Notes: generated by a model from the letters alone, not told the origin. Shown: positions 36,163-46,255, counted from the first letter of the stretch. The stretch: 64,000 nucleotides of DNA from Erysipelotrichaceae bacterium (GCA_017432545.1 JAFRJA010000045.1:3198-67197), one strand, 5' to 3'. Made by a program: numbers and translations.

Positions 36163-37419
36163 ATGAAAAAGACTATTAAACTCGTTTTAAGCATCTTTAT
36201 TATAGTTACGTTTCTGGCTGCTTGCAGCAACAGAAATAGCGCTGAGACAGGTATGCCTTCAGGTTCCGAAAACAGCGCCAATTCTGTTTTGGCTGATGAT
36301 TCAGATGACAATGACAAAACTGCTGCTGATGCCTGGGTTCTGATCTATGAAAAAACCAGACAGCGTGAAGATGAGGTTTCAGGGATGTACAGTGATTCCT
36401 ATTCCTGGGAAAAGGATGAAGTCAATAAGCAGATGTGCCATTATCATGTAAAGATAGCCGACGGAGTTCCTTATCAGAAATCGATTTTTGCGATGACCAG
36501 CACACTGCCGCCCGAATACGGTGACCCCGGTTCCAAGATCACTTTTGATATTGCGACAACTCTGGTAGAAACCGATATTGCCAAGTATTATTTCGGCGAT
36601 TCATGTTCTGTACAACTTGGTGCTCCGGATAAGGAACTGGGCATTGCCGGCTATTATTTCTGGAATATCCTTGATGAAGGAAAAGAATCAAGAACCAATC
36701 CAGATTCTGTTGGTGCCGGCACAGGGGGAGATGATATCGATTACGGGTCAAGCTGTAGCGTATTCTGGCATTTCCCGAATAACCCGCAACCCGGAGACAG
36801 ATTCTCTGTTTATTTTATGAGTTTTGGTGTTGAAACCGAGTGGTGCTATGAATTTAATGCGGTATCAAGTGATGATGGTACAAAAGAACCTGTAGCATCA
36901 ACTGACGGGGATGAACCGGTTCCCGTTATTAATGATGACATTCAGCAGGGGATCTACGCAGATGGCAGCGATCTGAACTTTGATGACTTTGCATTCTATA
37001 ACGAAGTCTATGAGCATGGCATTCCGGATGGTGCTTACTATCCGGAAACGCAGTATGCGGCAGGAAGCTGGCGATATGAGCTCTTTGTCTATAAGGAGGG
37101 CAGCTATGACACCGACTATATGGAATTGGGTTATGCAGATATAAATATCGAAGAAAAATCGAAAGCAGCGGTACTGACACTGCATCCGCGTATCGGCAAT
37201 GATGGCTATGAGTCTTTCCCTGTGACAGATGAAGAAATCGGCTATGAGCCGTTTAACGGGGAACTTGATGAACTTTCCGGTCTGACTTTCTATGGCAATA
37301 ATCTTGATCTGTATTTGAATTACTATTATGCCTATGAAGGTCGCGAATACATCATTGGTTCGCTGTTTAAGTCCAGTGACCTTTTTGCGGGAATCATTAT
37401 GATCAGAGGACAGGATTAA
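36163..37419 (+). CDS. lipoprotein of unknown function (418 aa)
   Basis: Signal FLAACS. Asp/Tyr-rich body. Confidence 0.65.
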   Translation: MKKTIKLVLSIFIIVTFLAACSNRNSAETGMPSGSENSANSVLADDSDDNDKTAADAWVLIYEKTRQREDEVSGMYSDSYSWEKDEVNKQMCHYHVKIADGVPYQKSIFAMTSTLPPEYGDPGSKITFDIATTLVETDIAKYYFGDSCSVQLGAPDKELGIAGYYFWNILDEGKESRTNPDSVGAGTGGDDIDYGSSCSVFWHFPNNPQPGDRFSVYFMSFGVETEWCYEFNAVSSDDGTKEPVASTDGDEPVPVINDDIQQGIYADGSDLNFDDFAFYNEVYEHGIPDGAYYPETQYAAGSWRYELFVYKEGSYDTDYMELGYADINIEEKSKAAVLTLHPRIGNDGYESFPVTDEEIGYEPFNGELDELSGLTFYGNNLDLYLNYYYAYEGREYIIGSLFKSSDLFAGIIMIRGQD

Positions 37420-37440
37420 CGGACATCCATCGGTTTAGGA

Positions 37441-37547
37441 ATGTTTCATTAAAACATAAATAAGCGAACGCAATTCGTTCTAACAAAGGCTTCTGTTTTT
37501 ATAATTCGAAGCCTTTTTATTACAATGAAATTAGAAAGACAGATCGG
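37441..37547 (+). repeat. IRU copy (variant core, hairpin AGGCTTC..GAAGCCT, TTTTTATTACAATGAAATTAGAAAGACAGATCGG)
   Basis: Shared sequence with 21803-21861 and 44605-44714. Confidence 0.65.
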
Positions 37548-37577
37548 TATTATCTTACGAATTGGAGGATTATCAAA

Positions 37578-37937
37578 ATGAAAGAATTAAAGAAAGTTTT
37601 AACTGTATTGGGTGTTGTTTTGCTTGTACTGACTGTATCGGCCTGCAATGTCGGCAAAGAAGATGTTGATATTGTTGGCGGATGGGAAACGGTTGAAGAT
37701 GGAACGATCACCCCAGAGCTGCAGGAGCTCTTCAACAAGGCGATAGAAGAACTGGATGGAGTCGACTACACTCCGATCAAACTGCTGGAAACGCAGGTCG
37801 TTGCGGGAACCAACTACAAGTTCCTTTGTGATGCGACAGTTACTTCTCCGGGTGCGGGAACTACACAGGCCATCGTTACGATCTATGAAGATCTTCAGGG
37901 AAATGTGGAGATTTTGGACATCCAGGATGCGGAATAA
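37578..37937 (+). CDS. stefin/cystatin-like lipoprotein (putative cysteine-protease inhibitor)
   Basis: Lipobox LTVSAC. The mature part has IVGGW ... TPELQEL ... TQVVAGTNYKF. The QVVAG loop and flanks match animal stefin A (TQVVAGTNY) as recalled. Confidence 0.65.
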   Translation: MKELKKVLTVLGVVLLVLTVSACNVGKEDVDIVGGWETVEDGTITPELQELFNKAIEELDGVDYTPIKLLETQVVAGTNYKFLCDATVTSPGAGTTQAIVTIYEDLQGNVEILDIQDAE

Positions 37938-37987
37938 CAGCTGGATCGGGAAAACAATCTGAACATATTCCTGTTTTCCTTTTAGCC

Positions 37988-38075
37988 GAAAATGTGTACA
38001 TTTATGAACTGTATTCAAAGGCAATTAAAAGAATGAGGATTCTGGAAACAAAGCCAGAATCTTTTTCATATCATA
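37988..38075 (+). repeat. IRU copy
   Basis: AAAATGTGTACATTTATGAACTGTATTCAAAGG..AGAATGAGG, then GATTCTGG-AAACAAAG-CCAGAATC followed by TTTTT. Confidence 0.65.
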
Positions 38076-38163
38076 TTAGAATTCAATAAATACGATTAAA
38101 CAATAATCGGACTTATGTTTTAATCGAAAAATAGTGTATAATGCTGTTGAAAGGAAGCAGATC

Positions 38164-39417
38164 ATGTATATCAGCAGAGACATCGAAAATACAATCAAGG
38201 AAACATCACGGTATTTTCAGGTAATCACTATTTACGGCAGCAGACAGGTCGGAAAAACAACTACGGTTGACTATCTGTTTGGCGATACTTTTCGATTTGT
38301 TTCATTAGACAACACATCCGATTATGATCTGGCTAATGATAATCCAAGAGGTTTTCTTGAAGCATACAGTTGGCCATTGATCATTGATGAGGTTCAGAAG
38401 GCTCCAAAGCTTCTGAATGAAATAAAGAGGATCGTCGATGAGCAGAGAAGAATATGGATGAGAAACAATCAGAAAAGAGAACTGATGTATATCTTGACCG
38501 GCTCGAATCAGTTTGACCTACAGACCCAGGTTTCAGAGTCTCTGGCGGGAAGGACCGCAGTTTTAGAAATGGCTGGTCTGACTCAGCTGGAAAAGAAGAA
38601 CGTAAGGGGAAGGGTGTTCAGGATCGACATTCCGGAATTGCTGAAAAAGGAAAGAGAATGCGATCTGTATCAGACAAGAGAAGAGATCTTTCAGCGCATC
38701 TTTGAAGGAGGCTACCCGGATATAATAACCGGGGAAACACCAAGAGAGATGTATTTCAGATCATATGTCGACACGTATATTGAAAAAGATATCAGGAAGC
38801 TTATTTCTGTCGACTACGAATCCCAATTCAGGAAATTCATGGAGATCATTGCCTTACGAACAGCACAGGAACTGAACTATGAAAATATCTGCAGCGATGC
38901 CGGAATCAGTGTTCCGACATGCAAAAGATGGATCTCCATACTGGAGACTTCCGGTATCATCATCTTGTTGCAGCCGTATATGGCTAACATGTCAAAGAGA
39001 ATCATCAAGGCTCCAAAACTGTACTTCATGGATACGGGACTATGTTCTTATCTGTGCAAATGGCCAAATGCTCAGATGCTGCAGGATGGTGTTATGAGTG
39101 GAGCTTTCTTTGAAACATATGTGATCAGTGAAATCGTGAAGAGCTACTACAATGGCGGTATCAATCCAAAAGACTATCTGTATTATTACAGGGATATCGA
39201 TAAGAAGGAAATAGACTTGCTGATCGTTGAAAACGGTACGATTTATCCTATTGAAATAAAAAAATGCATCTCGCCAAATAAACCTACGAAAAACTTTAAT
39301 GTCTTGACTAAATACAATCAGCCGATAATGCCGGGCCTGGTTATCGATAACACGGATAAGATCAGACCGATAAACGAGAACGTCTACAGTTTCCCCGTTT
39401 CATTGTTAGGCATATAA
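38164..39417 (+). CDS. AAA+ ATPase with DUF4143-type C-terminal domain
   Basis: Walker A GSRQVGKTT, Walker B LIIDEVQ, and a typical AAA_14/DUF4143 layout. Confidence 0.8.
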   Translation: MYISRDIENTIKETSRYFQVITIYGSRQVGKTTTVDYLFGDTFRFVSLDNTSDYDLANDNPRGFLEAYSWPLIIDEVQKAPKLLNEIKRIVDEQRRIWMRNNQKRELMYILTGSNQFDLQTQVSESLAGRTAVLEMAGLTQLEKKNVRGRVFRIDIPELLKKERECDLYQTREEIFQRIFEGGYPDIITGETPREMYFRSYVDTYIEKDIRKLISVDYESQFRKFMEIIALRTAQELNYENICSDAGISVPTCKRWISILETSGIIILLQPYMANMSKRIIKAPKLYFMDTGLCSYLCKWPNAQMLQDGVMSGAFFETYVISEIVKSYYNGGINPKDYLYYYRDIDKKEIDLLIVENGTIYPIEIKKCISPNKPTKNFNVLTKYNQPIMPGLVIDNTDKIRPINENVYSFPVSLLGI

Positions 39418-39435
39418 AGATTGGAGCAATGTCTG

Positions 39436-39515
39436 ATAAAGTATACATTTACGAACATAATTCAAAGAATGAGGACTTCGGGAATAAAAACCGGAGCCTT
39501 TTCATATAGAATGGA
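39436..39515 (+). repeat. IRU copy
   Basis: ATAAAGTATACATTTACGAACATAATTCAAAGAATGAGG, then a hairpin followed by TTTTC. Confidence 0.65.
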
Positions 39516-39552
39516 ATCATAAAGAGAATCAAAACATAAAGGAGATGATAAT

Positions 39553-40107
39553 ATGCTGATCGACATTACACTGCGAATTACACCTCAGATGGCAAAGGAT
39601 GCCCAGGGCAATGAGAAATGTGCTCTAGTCGGTCATCTTGGAACCCATTTCGATGTCATGAATAAGGAGTTCCCTTTGGAATATACCAGAAGGAAAGGGA
39701 TCGTATTCGATGTATCAGGTATTATAGACAGAGATATTGAATCAACAGATATCGATATCAATAAAGTTAATGAAGATATGTTTGTGGCTTTCTATAGCGG
39801 TTTTATTGAAGAAGCCGGATATGGAAGTGCGGTCTATTTCCATGAACATCCCCAGCTTTCCAGAGAACTGATCGGGGCATTGGTCGAAAAGAAGGTATCG
39901 ATCATCGGCATCGATTTCGCCGGTGTCAGAAGAGGTAAGGAACATCCTCAAACCGATCAGTACTGTGCCGATCGAAATGTATTCATCATCGAAAACCTCT
40001 GCAACCTTAAGGAACTCATTGACAAAGAAAACATAGTTATCAACACATATCCCATGAGTTATGCAGAGATGACAGGACTTCCCTGCAGAGTTGTGGCTGA
40101 AGTGTAG
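39553..40107 (+). CDS. cyclase-family protein (kynurenine formamidase-like fold)
   Basis: VGHLGTHFDV resembles the HxGTHxD motif of putative cyclases. Confidence 0.55.
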   Translation: MLIDITLRITPQMAKDAQGNEKCALVGHLGTHFDVMNKEFPLEYTRRKGIVFDVSGIIDRDIESTDIDINKVNEDMFVAFYSGFIEEAGYGSAVYFHEHPQLSRELIGALVEKKVSIIGIDFAGVRRGKEHPQTDQYCADRNVFIIENLCNLKELIDKENIVINTYPMSYAEMTGLPCRVVAEV

Positions 40108-40123
40108 AATTGCTGTTTTCGGC

Positions 40124-40216
40124 TAGTAGGGATAGTTCATAAAACTGTAGATTTGCGAATGTTATCCAATCTTTGAAGGCTCCAGGTTCATAATCCGGAG
40201 TCTTTTGTTTATAATG
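40124..40216 (+). repeat. IRU copy (full length)
   Basis: TAGTAGGGATAGTTCATAAAACTGTAGATTTGCGAATGTTATCCAATCTTTGAAGG, then a hairpin followed by TTTTGTTTATAATGA. Confidence 0.7.
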
Positions 40217-40304
40217 AGAAGAGGCCTTGCGACGCCACGTTTTTTCGATATGCTGAACAAGGTTGAAAAGAAACTGAACGAAATGGAAGCTGGAGGAACA
40301 CTTC

Positions 40305-41438
40305 ATGTTTAATCATCACGATATCACCCGGAATGCCTTCATGCTGCACGGGCCGCTGGCTCATCACGGTTATGACTGGTGGTGGCATTCCCTTACGGCA
40401 CAGGACGCAGAGACAGGCGAAGATAAACCGTTCTTCATTGAATTCTTCGTCTGCAATCCGGCGCTTGCAGAGGATGAACCGGTACTGGGACAGTTGCCGG
40501 AAAATCAGGCTGCGGGAAAGAAACCATCTTACCTGATGGTCAAGGCAGGCACTTGGGGAGAGGATCACTGTCAGCTGCATCGATTCTTTGCGTGGAAAGA
40601 CGTAAAGCTGCATGGTGATGCGCCGTACAGCGTCGAAGCTTCGGACTGCTTTGCCTGCGAGACGGCGCTGGTGGGCAGTATCCTTATCACAGAGGAGGAA
40701 GCGGCAGCACATCCGGAGTGGATGTGCGACGCCGGGGATCTTACATGGGATCTGACTGTTGATAAGCAGATTGCTTTCAATGTGGGTTACGGAGCCAGCA
40801 AGCCGCTTCGAGATGTGGAGGCCTTCGCCATGTACTGGCATGCGGAGGGCATGAAGAGTGCCTACAGCGGGACGATCACTTATAACGGCAGACAGTATAC
40901 GGTCACGCCTGAGAAAAGCTACGGATACGCGGACAAAAACTGGGGTCGAGATTTCACGAGCCCCTGGGTGTGGCTTTCTTCAAACTGTCTGTTCAGTAAA
41001 AAGACCGGAAAGCAGCTTCAGAGCAGTGTCTTTGACATCGGCGGCGGACGGCCTAAGATCTACCTTGTCCCGCTGGACAGAAGGTTATTGGGCGTCATCT
41101 ATTATGAAGGCAAAGAGTATGACTTCAACTTCTCCAAACTCCACTTGATGGTGAAGACGGAGTTTTCCTTTGAGGAGCAGGATGAGCTGGTACACTGGAA
41201 CGTGCGGCAGGAAAACATCCATGCTGTCATGGAGACCGAGGTCTTCTGCCGGAAGAAGGACATGCTGCTGGTCAATTATGAAGCGCCGGACGGCAGCAAG
41301 AAGCACAACCGGCTCTGGAATGGCGGAAACGGCTGGGGTACGGTGAAGCTCTATGAGAAGAAAGACGGAGGTCTGGAGCTTGTGGACGAGATCGAAGCTA
41401 CGCATATCGGCTGCGAATACGGGGAGTATGATCGATAA
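40305..41438 (+). CDS. tocopherol-cyclase-like family protein
   Basis: YGYADKNWGRDFTSPWVWLSSN resembles the EKNWG..FP..W.W motif of the tocopherol cyclase family. GGAGGA RBS. Confidence 0.5.
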   Translation: MFNHHDITRNAFMLHGPLAHHGYDWWWHSLTAQDAETGEDKPFFIEFFVCNPALAEDEPVLGQLPENQAAGKKPSYLMVKAGTWGEDHCQLHRFFAWKDVKLHGDAPYSVEASDCFACETALVGSILITEEEAAAHPEWMCDAGDLTWDLTVDKQIAFNVGYGASKPLRDVEAFAMYWHAEGMKSAYSGTITYNGRQYTVTPEKSYGYADKNWGRDFTSPWVWLSSNCLFSKKTGKQLQSSVFDIGGGRPKIYLVPLDRRLLGVIYYEGKEYDFNFSKLHLMVKTEFSFEEQDELVHWNVRQENIHAVMETEVFCRKKDMLLVNYEAPDGSKKHNRLWNGGNGWGTVKLYEKKDGGLELVDEIEATHIGCEYGEYDR

Positions 41439-41500
41439 CGTTCTTAGACGAACGGGATTGGAGGCCAAGGGGCGATGCTTTGTATGACAAATTCATATTT

Positions 41501-41590
41501 GTAGAGATGGTTCATAAAAGCGTACATTTATGAATGGAATACAGAAATAATAGATCAAAGTCCTGAAATTCAGGGCTTTTTATAATAAGA
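41501..41590 (+). repeat. IRU copy
   Basis: GTAGAGATGGTTCATAAAAGCGTACATTTATGAATGG ... CCTGAA-A-TTCAGG followed by TTTTTATAATAAG. Confidence 0.65.
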
Positions 41591-41638
41591 ATTTCAATGC
41601 GTTCTGCTCTACAAGTTGGTACAGGTATGCTGATACCA

Positions 41639-41658
41639 ATATATATATATATATATAT
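41639..41658. repeat. (AT)10 dinucleotide microsatellite
   Basis: Direct reading of the sequence. Confidence 0.95.
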
Positions 41659-41902
41659 TTATAACAGTCATAACGAAAAGATCCGATTATTTATCAGACG
41701 ATACATTATATTGATGATCAATTGATGAAAAGATGATGCTTTTTGTTTATAAACCGTTTTATTAAAAATTCATTAAATACAAAACTACAAACAGCATCAA
41801 CAGAATCGCAATACAAAACTGATAAAGAAAAAAAGTCTGACTTCTTTTGGGTAAGAAATCAGACAGAGAATAATAATGCGGTTGTAAGTATTTTTAAGAA
41901 CT

Positions 41903-42581
<679 letters not shown>

Positions 42582-42812
42582 AACTGTTGAAATGATCAAA
42601 ATCGTTGCTCCTTTAATCGGTAAACATGATCGGGTGGGAATGATACCATAATCAAAAGTTTTAAAATAATGGCACTAACCTGACATGATATACCAAAAAG
42701 GCTAAACAGGATATGAAGAAATATTCATACCCTGTTTTTATTTTTTGCCTATTAAGAAAACAGCGACCATTTCATACTGATAAAGTATAATTGTATTTGA
42801 AAAGAGCGAATC

Positions 42813-43064
42813 ATGAAAAACGAAATTGTAATATTCAGTGATGATGGATTGAGCCTCGAAGTTCAGGTATCTCCCGATCGGGAAACGGTTTGGCTCAGCC
42901 AGAAGCAAATGGAGGATCTTTTTGAAGTTTCTCATGCAACGATCAGCGAGCACATCAGCAATATTCTCAGAGTTGGAGAATTGGATGAGACTTCTGTCGG
43001 TTTTTCCGACAGAAGTACAGGAGGCCGAAAACCAAGGATGAGAAAACAAACAATGGTTCGTTAA
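42813..43064 (+). pseudogene. N-terminal fragment of a RhuM-family protein
   Basis: IVIFSDDGLSLEVQVSPDRETVWLSQKQMEDLFEVSHATISEHISNI matches the RhuM N-terminus. 83 aa, against about 330 aa expected. Confidence 0.6.
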
Positions 43065-43131
43065 ATTTTGTTGAAAAAGTAGATTTGAACCCAAAGACAG
43101 AAATACTTTCAACGCAAATGAGCAAGGCTGA

Positions 43132-43175
43132 CTAGGATAGTTCATTAAAGTGTAGATTTACGAACACAATTCAGG
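43132..43175 (+). repeat. IRU copy (5' core only)
   Basis: CTAGGATAGTTCATTAAAGTGTAGATTTACGAACACAATTCAGG. Confidence 0.65.
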
Positions 43176-43207
43176 ATTCACCATAGTTCTATCATGGAAA
43201 AGACCAA

Positions 43208-43236
43208 TTGACATATAAAGTGGTATTATGTATAAT
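43208..43236 (+). promoter_or_regulatory. consensus sigma-A promoter for the PIN-RHH operon
   Basis: TTGACA, 17 nt spacer, TATAAT. Confidence 0.7.
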
Positions 43237-43243
43237 ACCATTG

Positions 43244-43663
43244 ATGAAAGCAGTTATAGATACAAATGTCTTATTAAGCGGTTTAAGAAGCCGGAACGGT
43301 GCATCTTATCAGGTATTGAGGATGCTCTACGAAGACAGATTCAAAATCGTCATCTCGGTTCCGATGATCTTGGAATATGAAGAAATTCTTAAAGACAAAC
43401 TTGATAGAAGTATCTATAGCAATGATATTATCGATCAGCTGCTTGATTCGTTGTGTGCGATAGGAGAAAAATCAAAAGTCTTCTACCTGTGGAGACCATA
43501 TCTGAAGGATCCGTTTGATGATCATGTTCTGGAACTGGCCCTGGCATCGGAATCAGATTACATTGTCACATACAACAAAAAAGATTTAATGAAAGCAGAG
43601 AATCTCGGTATCAAAGTTATCAATGCCAAAGAATTTCTGGAAATACTGAGTAAGGAGGAATAA
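43244..43663 (+). CDS. PIN-domain toxin (type II TA)
   Basis: MKAVIDTNVLLSGL..., acidic residues at conserved spacing (DDHVLELA, YIVTYNKKD). Confidence 0.8.
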   Translation: MKAVIDTNVLLSGLRSRNGASYQVLRMLYEDRFKIVISVPMILEYEEILKDKLDRSIYSNDIIDQLLDSLCAIGEKSKVFYLWRPYLKDPFDDHVLELALASESDYIVTYNKKDLMKAENLGIKVINAKEFLEILSKEE

Positions 43664-43664
43664 G

Positions 43665-43901
43665 ATGAGTGCATTAAGTGTAAGATTGCCTGATTCGGTT
43701 CATGAAGCGGTAAAGGCTCTGGCTGAAAAAGATAATATATCAATCAATCAGTTTATTTCTTCTGCTGTTATCGAGAAGATAACTGCGATGGAAACGGAAC
43801 GGTATCTGTCAATGCGTGCAGCAAGAGGATCAAGAGAAAAGCTCGGTGCGATCCTGGATCTTGTTCCGGACAGCGAACCTGACACGTTTGATAAATTGTA
43901 A
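43665..43901 (+). CDS. ribbon-helix-helix antitoxin
   Basis: LSVRLPDSVHEAVKALAEKDNISINQFISSAV is an RHH. 1-nt gap after the toxin gene. Confidence 0.7.
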   Translation: MSALSVRLPDSVHEAVKALAEKDNISINQFISSAVIEKITAMETERYLSMRAARGSREKLGAILDLVPDSEPDTFDKL

Positions 43902-44043
43902 ACCGAATATTGTTAAGAAGTCTTGTTGCATAAAACAAGGCTTTTTATTGCTCTTTTTGGCTTTGTTCAAATAGGCTAAGGCTATTTGGACCAAGTTTTC
44001 TCTTAACAATTTATTAATATCAAAAAAATCCTCATATCTTTAA

Positions 44044-44110
44044 GAATGTTATCCAATCTTTGAAGGCTCTGAATTCATAAATCCGGCGCCTTTTGTTTAT
44101 AATGAAATCA
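44044..44110 (+). repeat. IRU copy (3' half)
   Basis: GAATGTTATCCAATCTTTGAAGGCTC is identical to 40157-40182. A hairpin follows, then TTTTGTTTATAATGAAATC. Confidence 0.65.
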
Positions 44111-44134
44111 AAGGATTGATCAGAATCTGCAAGT

Positions 44135-44560
44135 ATGGTTGGAAAAGTAAAACGCCTTTTATTTCATCCGGTGTTCTGGATAATAGTCAATGCAATCTGT
44201 TTGATGGCGAATTTTAACTATTTTGTTTTCGGTAATTCTTATGGAATACCGTGGATAAATCTCCCGATATCCATTATGTATATGATTTATATGGTTTTAT
44301 TTGCCTGCAAGGGGAACGATAGATTAATTATTGTTATTGGCATTATCTATGTCGTTCTGGGACTTTTAGGTTTCCCTGTCTCTAAATATTCAATGGTAGC
44401 CGATTGGCTGATTGTACCATCGATCCTTTTCATTGCACCATATTCAGGAATAAATCATATTATTAAGTCAAATTCTATATGCTGGGTTTTATATGCGGGA
44501 TTTGGAATTGTATTGATCGTGATTGCGCATATCAGGCGTAGAATAAACAGTAGGTTTTAA
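44135..44560 (+). CDS. polytopic membrane protein of unknown function (141 aa)
   Basis: Four hydrophobic segments. Weak RBS. Confidence 0.5.
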   Translation: MVGKVKRLLFHPVFWIIVNAICLMANFNYFVFGNSYGIPWINLPISIMYMIYMVLFACKGNDRLIIVIGIIYVVLGLLGFPVSKYSMVADWLIVPSILFIAPYSGINHIIKSNSICWVLYAGFGIVLIVIAHIRRRINSRF

Positions 44561-44604
44561 TTGATTGCGCTATCAAGACAATGCTGATGCACCATGCTCA
44601 AGTA

Positions 44605-44714
44605 TGTAGAGATGGTTCATCAAAGTATAAGTTTACGAACATAAATCAAATGAAGGTTTCTGGTTTATTCATGGAAACCTTTTTAATACAATGAAATCAG
44701 AAAGACAGATCGAT
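44605..44714 (+). repeat. IRU copy (full length, closest to consensus)
   Basis: TGTAGAGATGGTTCATCAAAGTATAAGTTTACGAACATAAATCAAATGA, then AGGTTTC..GAAACCT followed by TTTTTAATACAATGAAATCAGAAAGACAGATCGATAG. Confidence 0.7.
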
Positions 44715-44728
44715 AGTTGTGAGGAAAT

Positions 44729-44845
44729 ATGAAATATATAATCAGACAGGCTGCTGCATATGATGAAAAAAGGATCTGCGAATTATACCTTGAAATGCTG
44801 CAGACGATATATCATACAAAAGGTGTTGAAGGCTACCAAGTCTAA
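44729..44845 (+). pseudogene. 38-codon stub resembling a GNAT acetyltransferase N-terminus
   Basis: MKYIIRQAAAYDEKRICELYLEMLQTIYHTKG.... It ends prematurely and is followed by another IRU. Confidence 0.35.
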
Positions 44846-44865
44846 AGCATAATATGTCCTTTTAT

Positions 44866-44965
44866 CTACAGATATAGTTCATCAAAGAAACGGATATTTA
44901 CCCACTTTGATGTTAGAAGAATCTTTCTTACTCCAAAATAGTGTAGATTTACGACCGATATACAA
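44866..44965 (+). repeat. IRU core split by an insert of about 50 bp
   Basis: CTACAGATATAGTTCATCAAAG at 44866-44887 and AATAGTGTAGATTTACGACC at 44937-44956, separated by unrelated sequence. Confidence 0.55.
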
Positions 44966-45125
44966 TAAATCATTACGGAACTGATCTTGATATGCTAGAG
45001 TGAAATCAATTCAGAAGCCGTAAAAGAAAAGACAACCATTAAAAGATAAGGACACTATAAGCTCTGATAAACATATTTATATATCGGAGCTTTTTCTTTT
45101 ATACAAAGCTCCAGGAAGGAGATTA

Positions 45126-45509
45126 ATGGAGTATACAAGATTCGGAGAGGAAATGAGAGTGCTGAGGACCAGAAGACATCAAAGTCAGAAAGATATGGCT
45201 GAAGTTCTTGGAGTCACCAAAAGTTTTCTTTCTTCAGTTGAAACGGGAAGAAGATCTATCCCCAAAGGATGGATCGATATCATTGTTGATCATTATCATC
45301 TGAAGCCTTATCCAAGACAGATCCTTGAGGATGCTGCAAGAGCTTCAAGGAACTATATCAGAATCGCTTTGAAAGGGCAGCCGAATTACAGAAGGAATCT
45401 TGCTGTCGGATTTGAAGACAGTTTTGAACAGATTGATGAGGAAACATCGCAAATGATGCTGAAGCTGATGGGAAAGGATGTTTCAGAAGATGATGGTGGT
45501 GGTTCGTAG
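45126..45509 (+). CDS. XRE-family HTH protein
   Basis: RHQSQKDMAEVLGVTKSFLSSVETGRRSIP. AAGGAG RBS. Confidence 0.75.
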   Translation: MEYTRFGEEMRVLRTRRHQSQKDMAEVLGVTKSFLSSVETGRRSIPKGWIDIIVDHYHLKPYPRQILEDAARASRNYIRIALKGQPNYRRNLAVGFEDSFEQIDEETSQMMLKLMGKDVSEDDGGGS

Positions 45510-45635
45510 AATCGTGCATCACGATCCTGCGTTTATTGAAGAGTGTTATTTCAGGATAACTGACTGTATTTACAAAGAGTTATTAATTTTATAAAATAAG
45601 TATGCAACCAATATCTAGTTGCAAGAAAGGAATTC

Positions 45636-45902
45636 ATGCCTAAAAAGAAGAATCTGATTGAAAAATTGTATCGCAAGCCTTATCCAAAGAACTTTACCGT
45701 AAGAGAGCTTGATGCCCTGATGGGCAAATGCAACTGCACCAGGTTCCAGGGAGGAAGGGGATCAGGGATCGGATATGTCCATAATCCAAGTAAAAGGATC
45801 GTACAGTTTGATGGTCCTCATCCGGGAAATGAATTATACAAATACCAGATAGAGAAGATAAAGAAGTTTATTGATGAAATAGGAGAAAAGGAGACGGATT
45901 AG
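45636..45902 (+). CDS. hicA: HicA-like mRNA interferase toxin
   Basis: 88 aa with GGRGSGIGYVH ... PHPGNEL pattern, immediately upstream of a HicB-like gene. Confidence 0.65.
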   Translation: MPKKKNLIEKLYRKPYPKNFTVRELDALMGKCNCTRFQGGRGSGIGYVHNPSKRIVQFDGPHPGNELYKYQIEKIKKFIDEIGEKETD

Positions 45903-45904
45903 AT

Positions 45905-46255
45905 ATGAAGTCGGACATGATGAAATACAAAGGCTATAGAGCTACCATTTCTTTTGATGAAGAAGACAAGATATTTGTCGGTGAAGTTTTTGGCATTGCT
46001 GACTCGCTGAACTTCCATGGCCGTTCTATTGATGAACTCGAAGAGGCTTTTCATGATTCCATTGAGAACTATCTTGAGATCTGTGAGAAGATCGGAAAGA
46101 ATCCACAGAAAGAATTCTCTGGAACTTTCAATGTCAGGACCACACCGGCTTTACATGAACAGGCGGCTGAATATGCTGCGGATAACGGAATCACCCTGAA
46201 TCAGACGATTTCCAGAGCTTTGGAATCGTTCCTTGGTAAACAGGTAAAAGCTTAA
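45905..46255 (+). CDS. hicB: HicB-family antitoxin with C-terminal RHH
   Basis: YKGYRATISFDEEDKIFVGEV ... FHGRSIDELEEAF ... FSGTFNVRTTPALHEQA. Confidence 0.8.
   Translation: MKSDMMKYKGYRATISFDEEDKIFVGEVFGIADSLNFHGRSIDELEEAFHDSIENYLEICEKIGKNPQKEFSGTFNVRTTPALHEQAAEYAADNGITLNQTISRALESFLGKQVKA

Noticed and set aside
40209-40841. 210-aa ORF on the minus strand.
   Set aside because: It is fully antisense to the 40305-41438 gene, which has family-like motifs and a GGAGGA RBS. The minus ORF is Arg/Cys/Leu-rich with no RBS, which is typical antisense noise.
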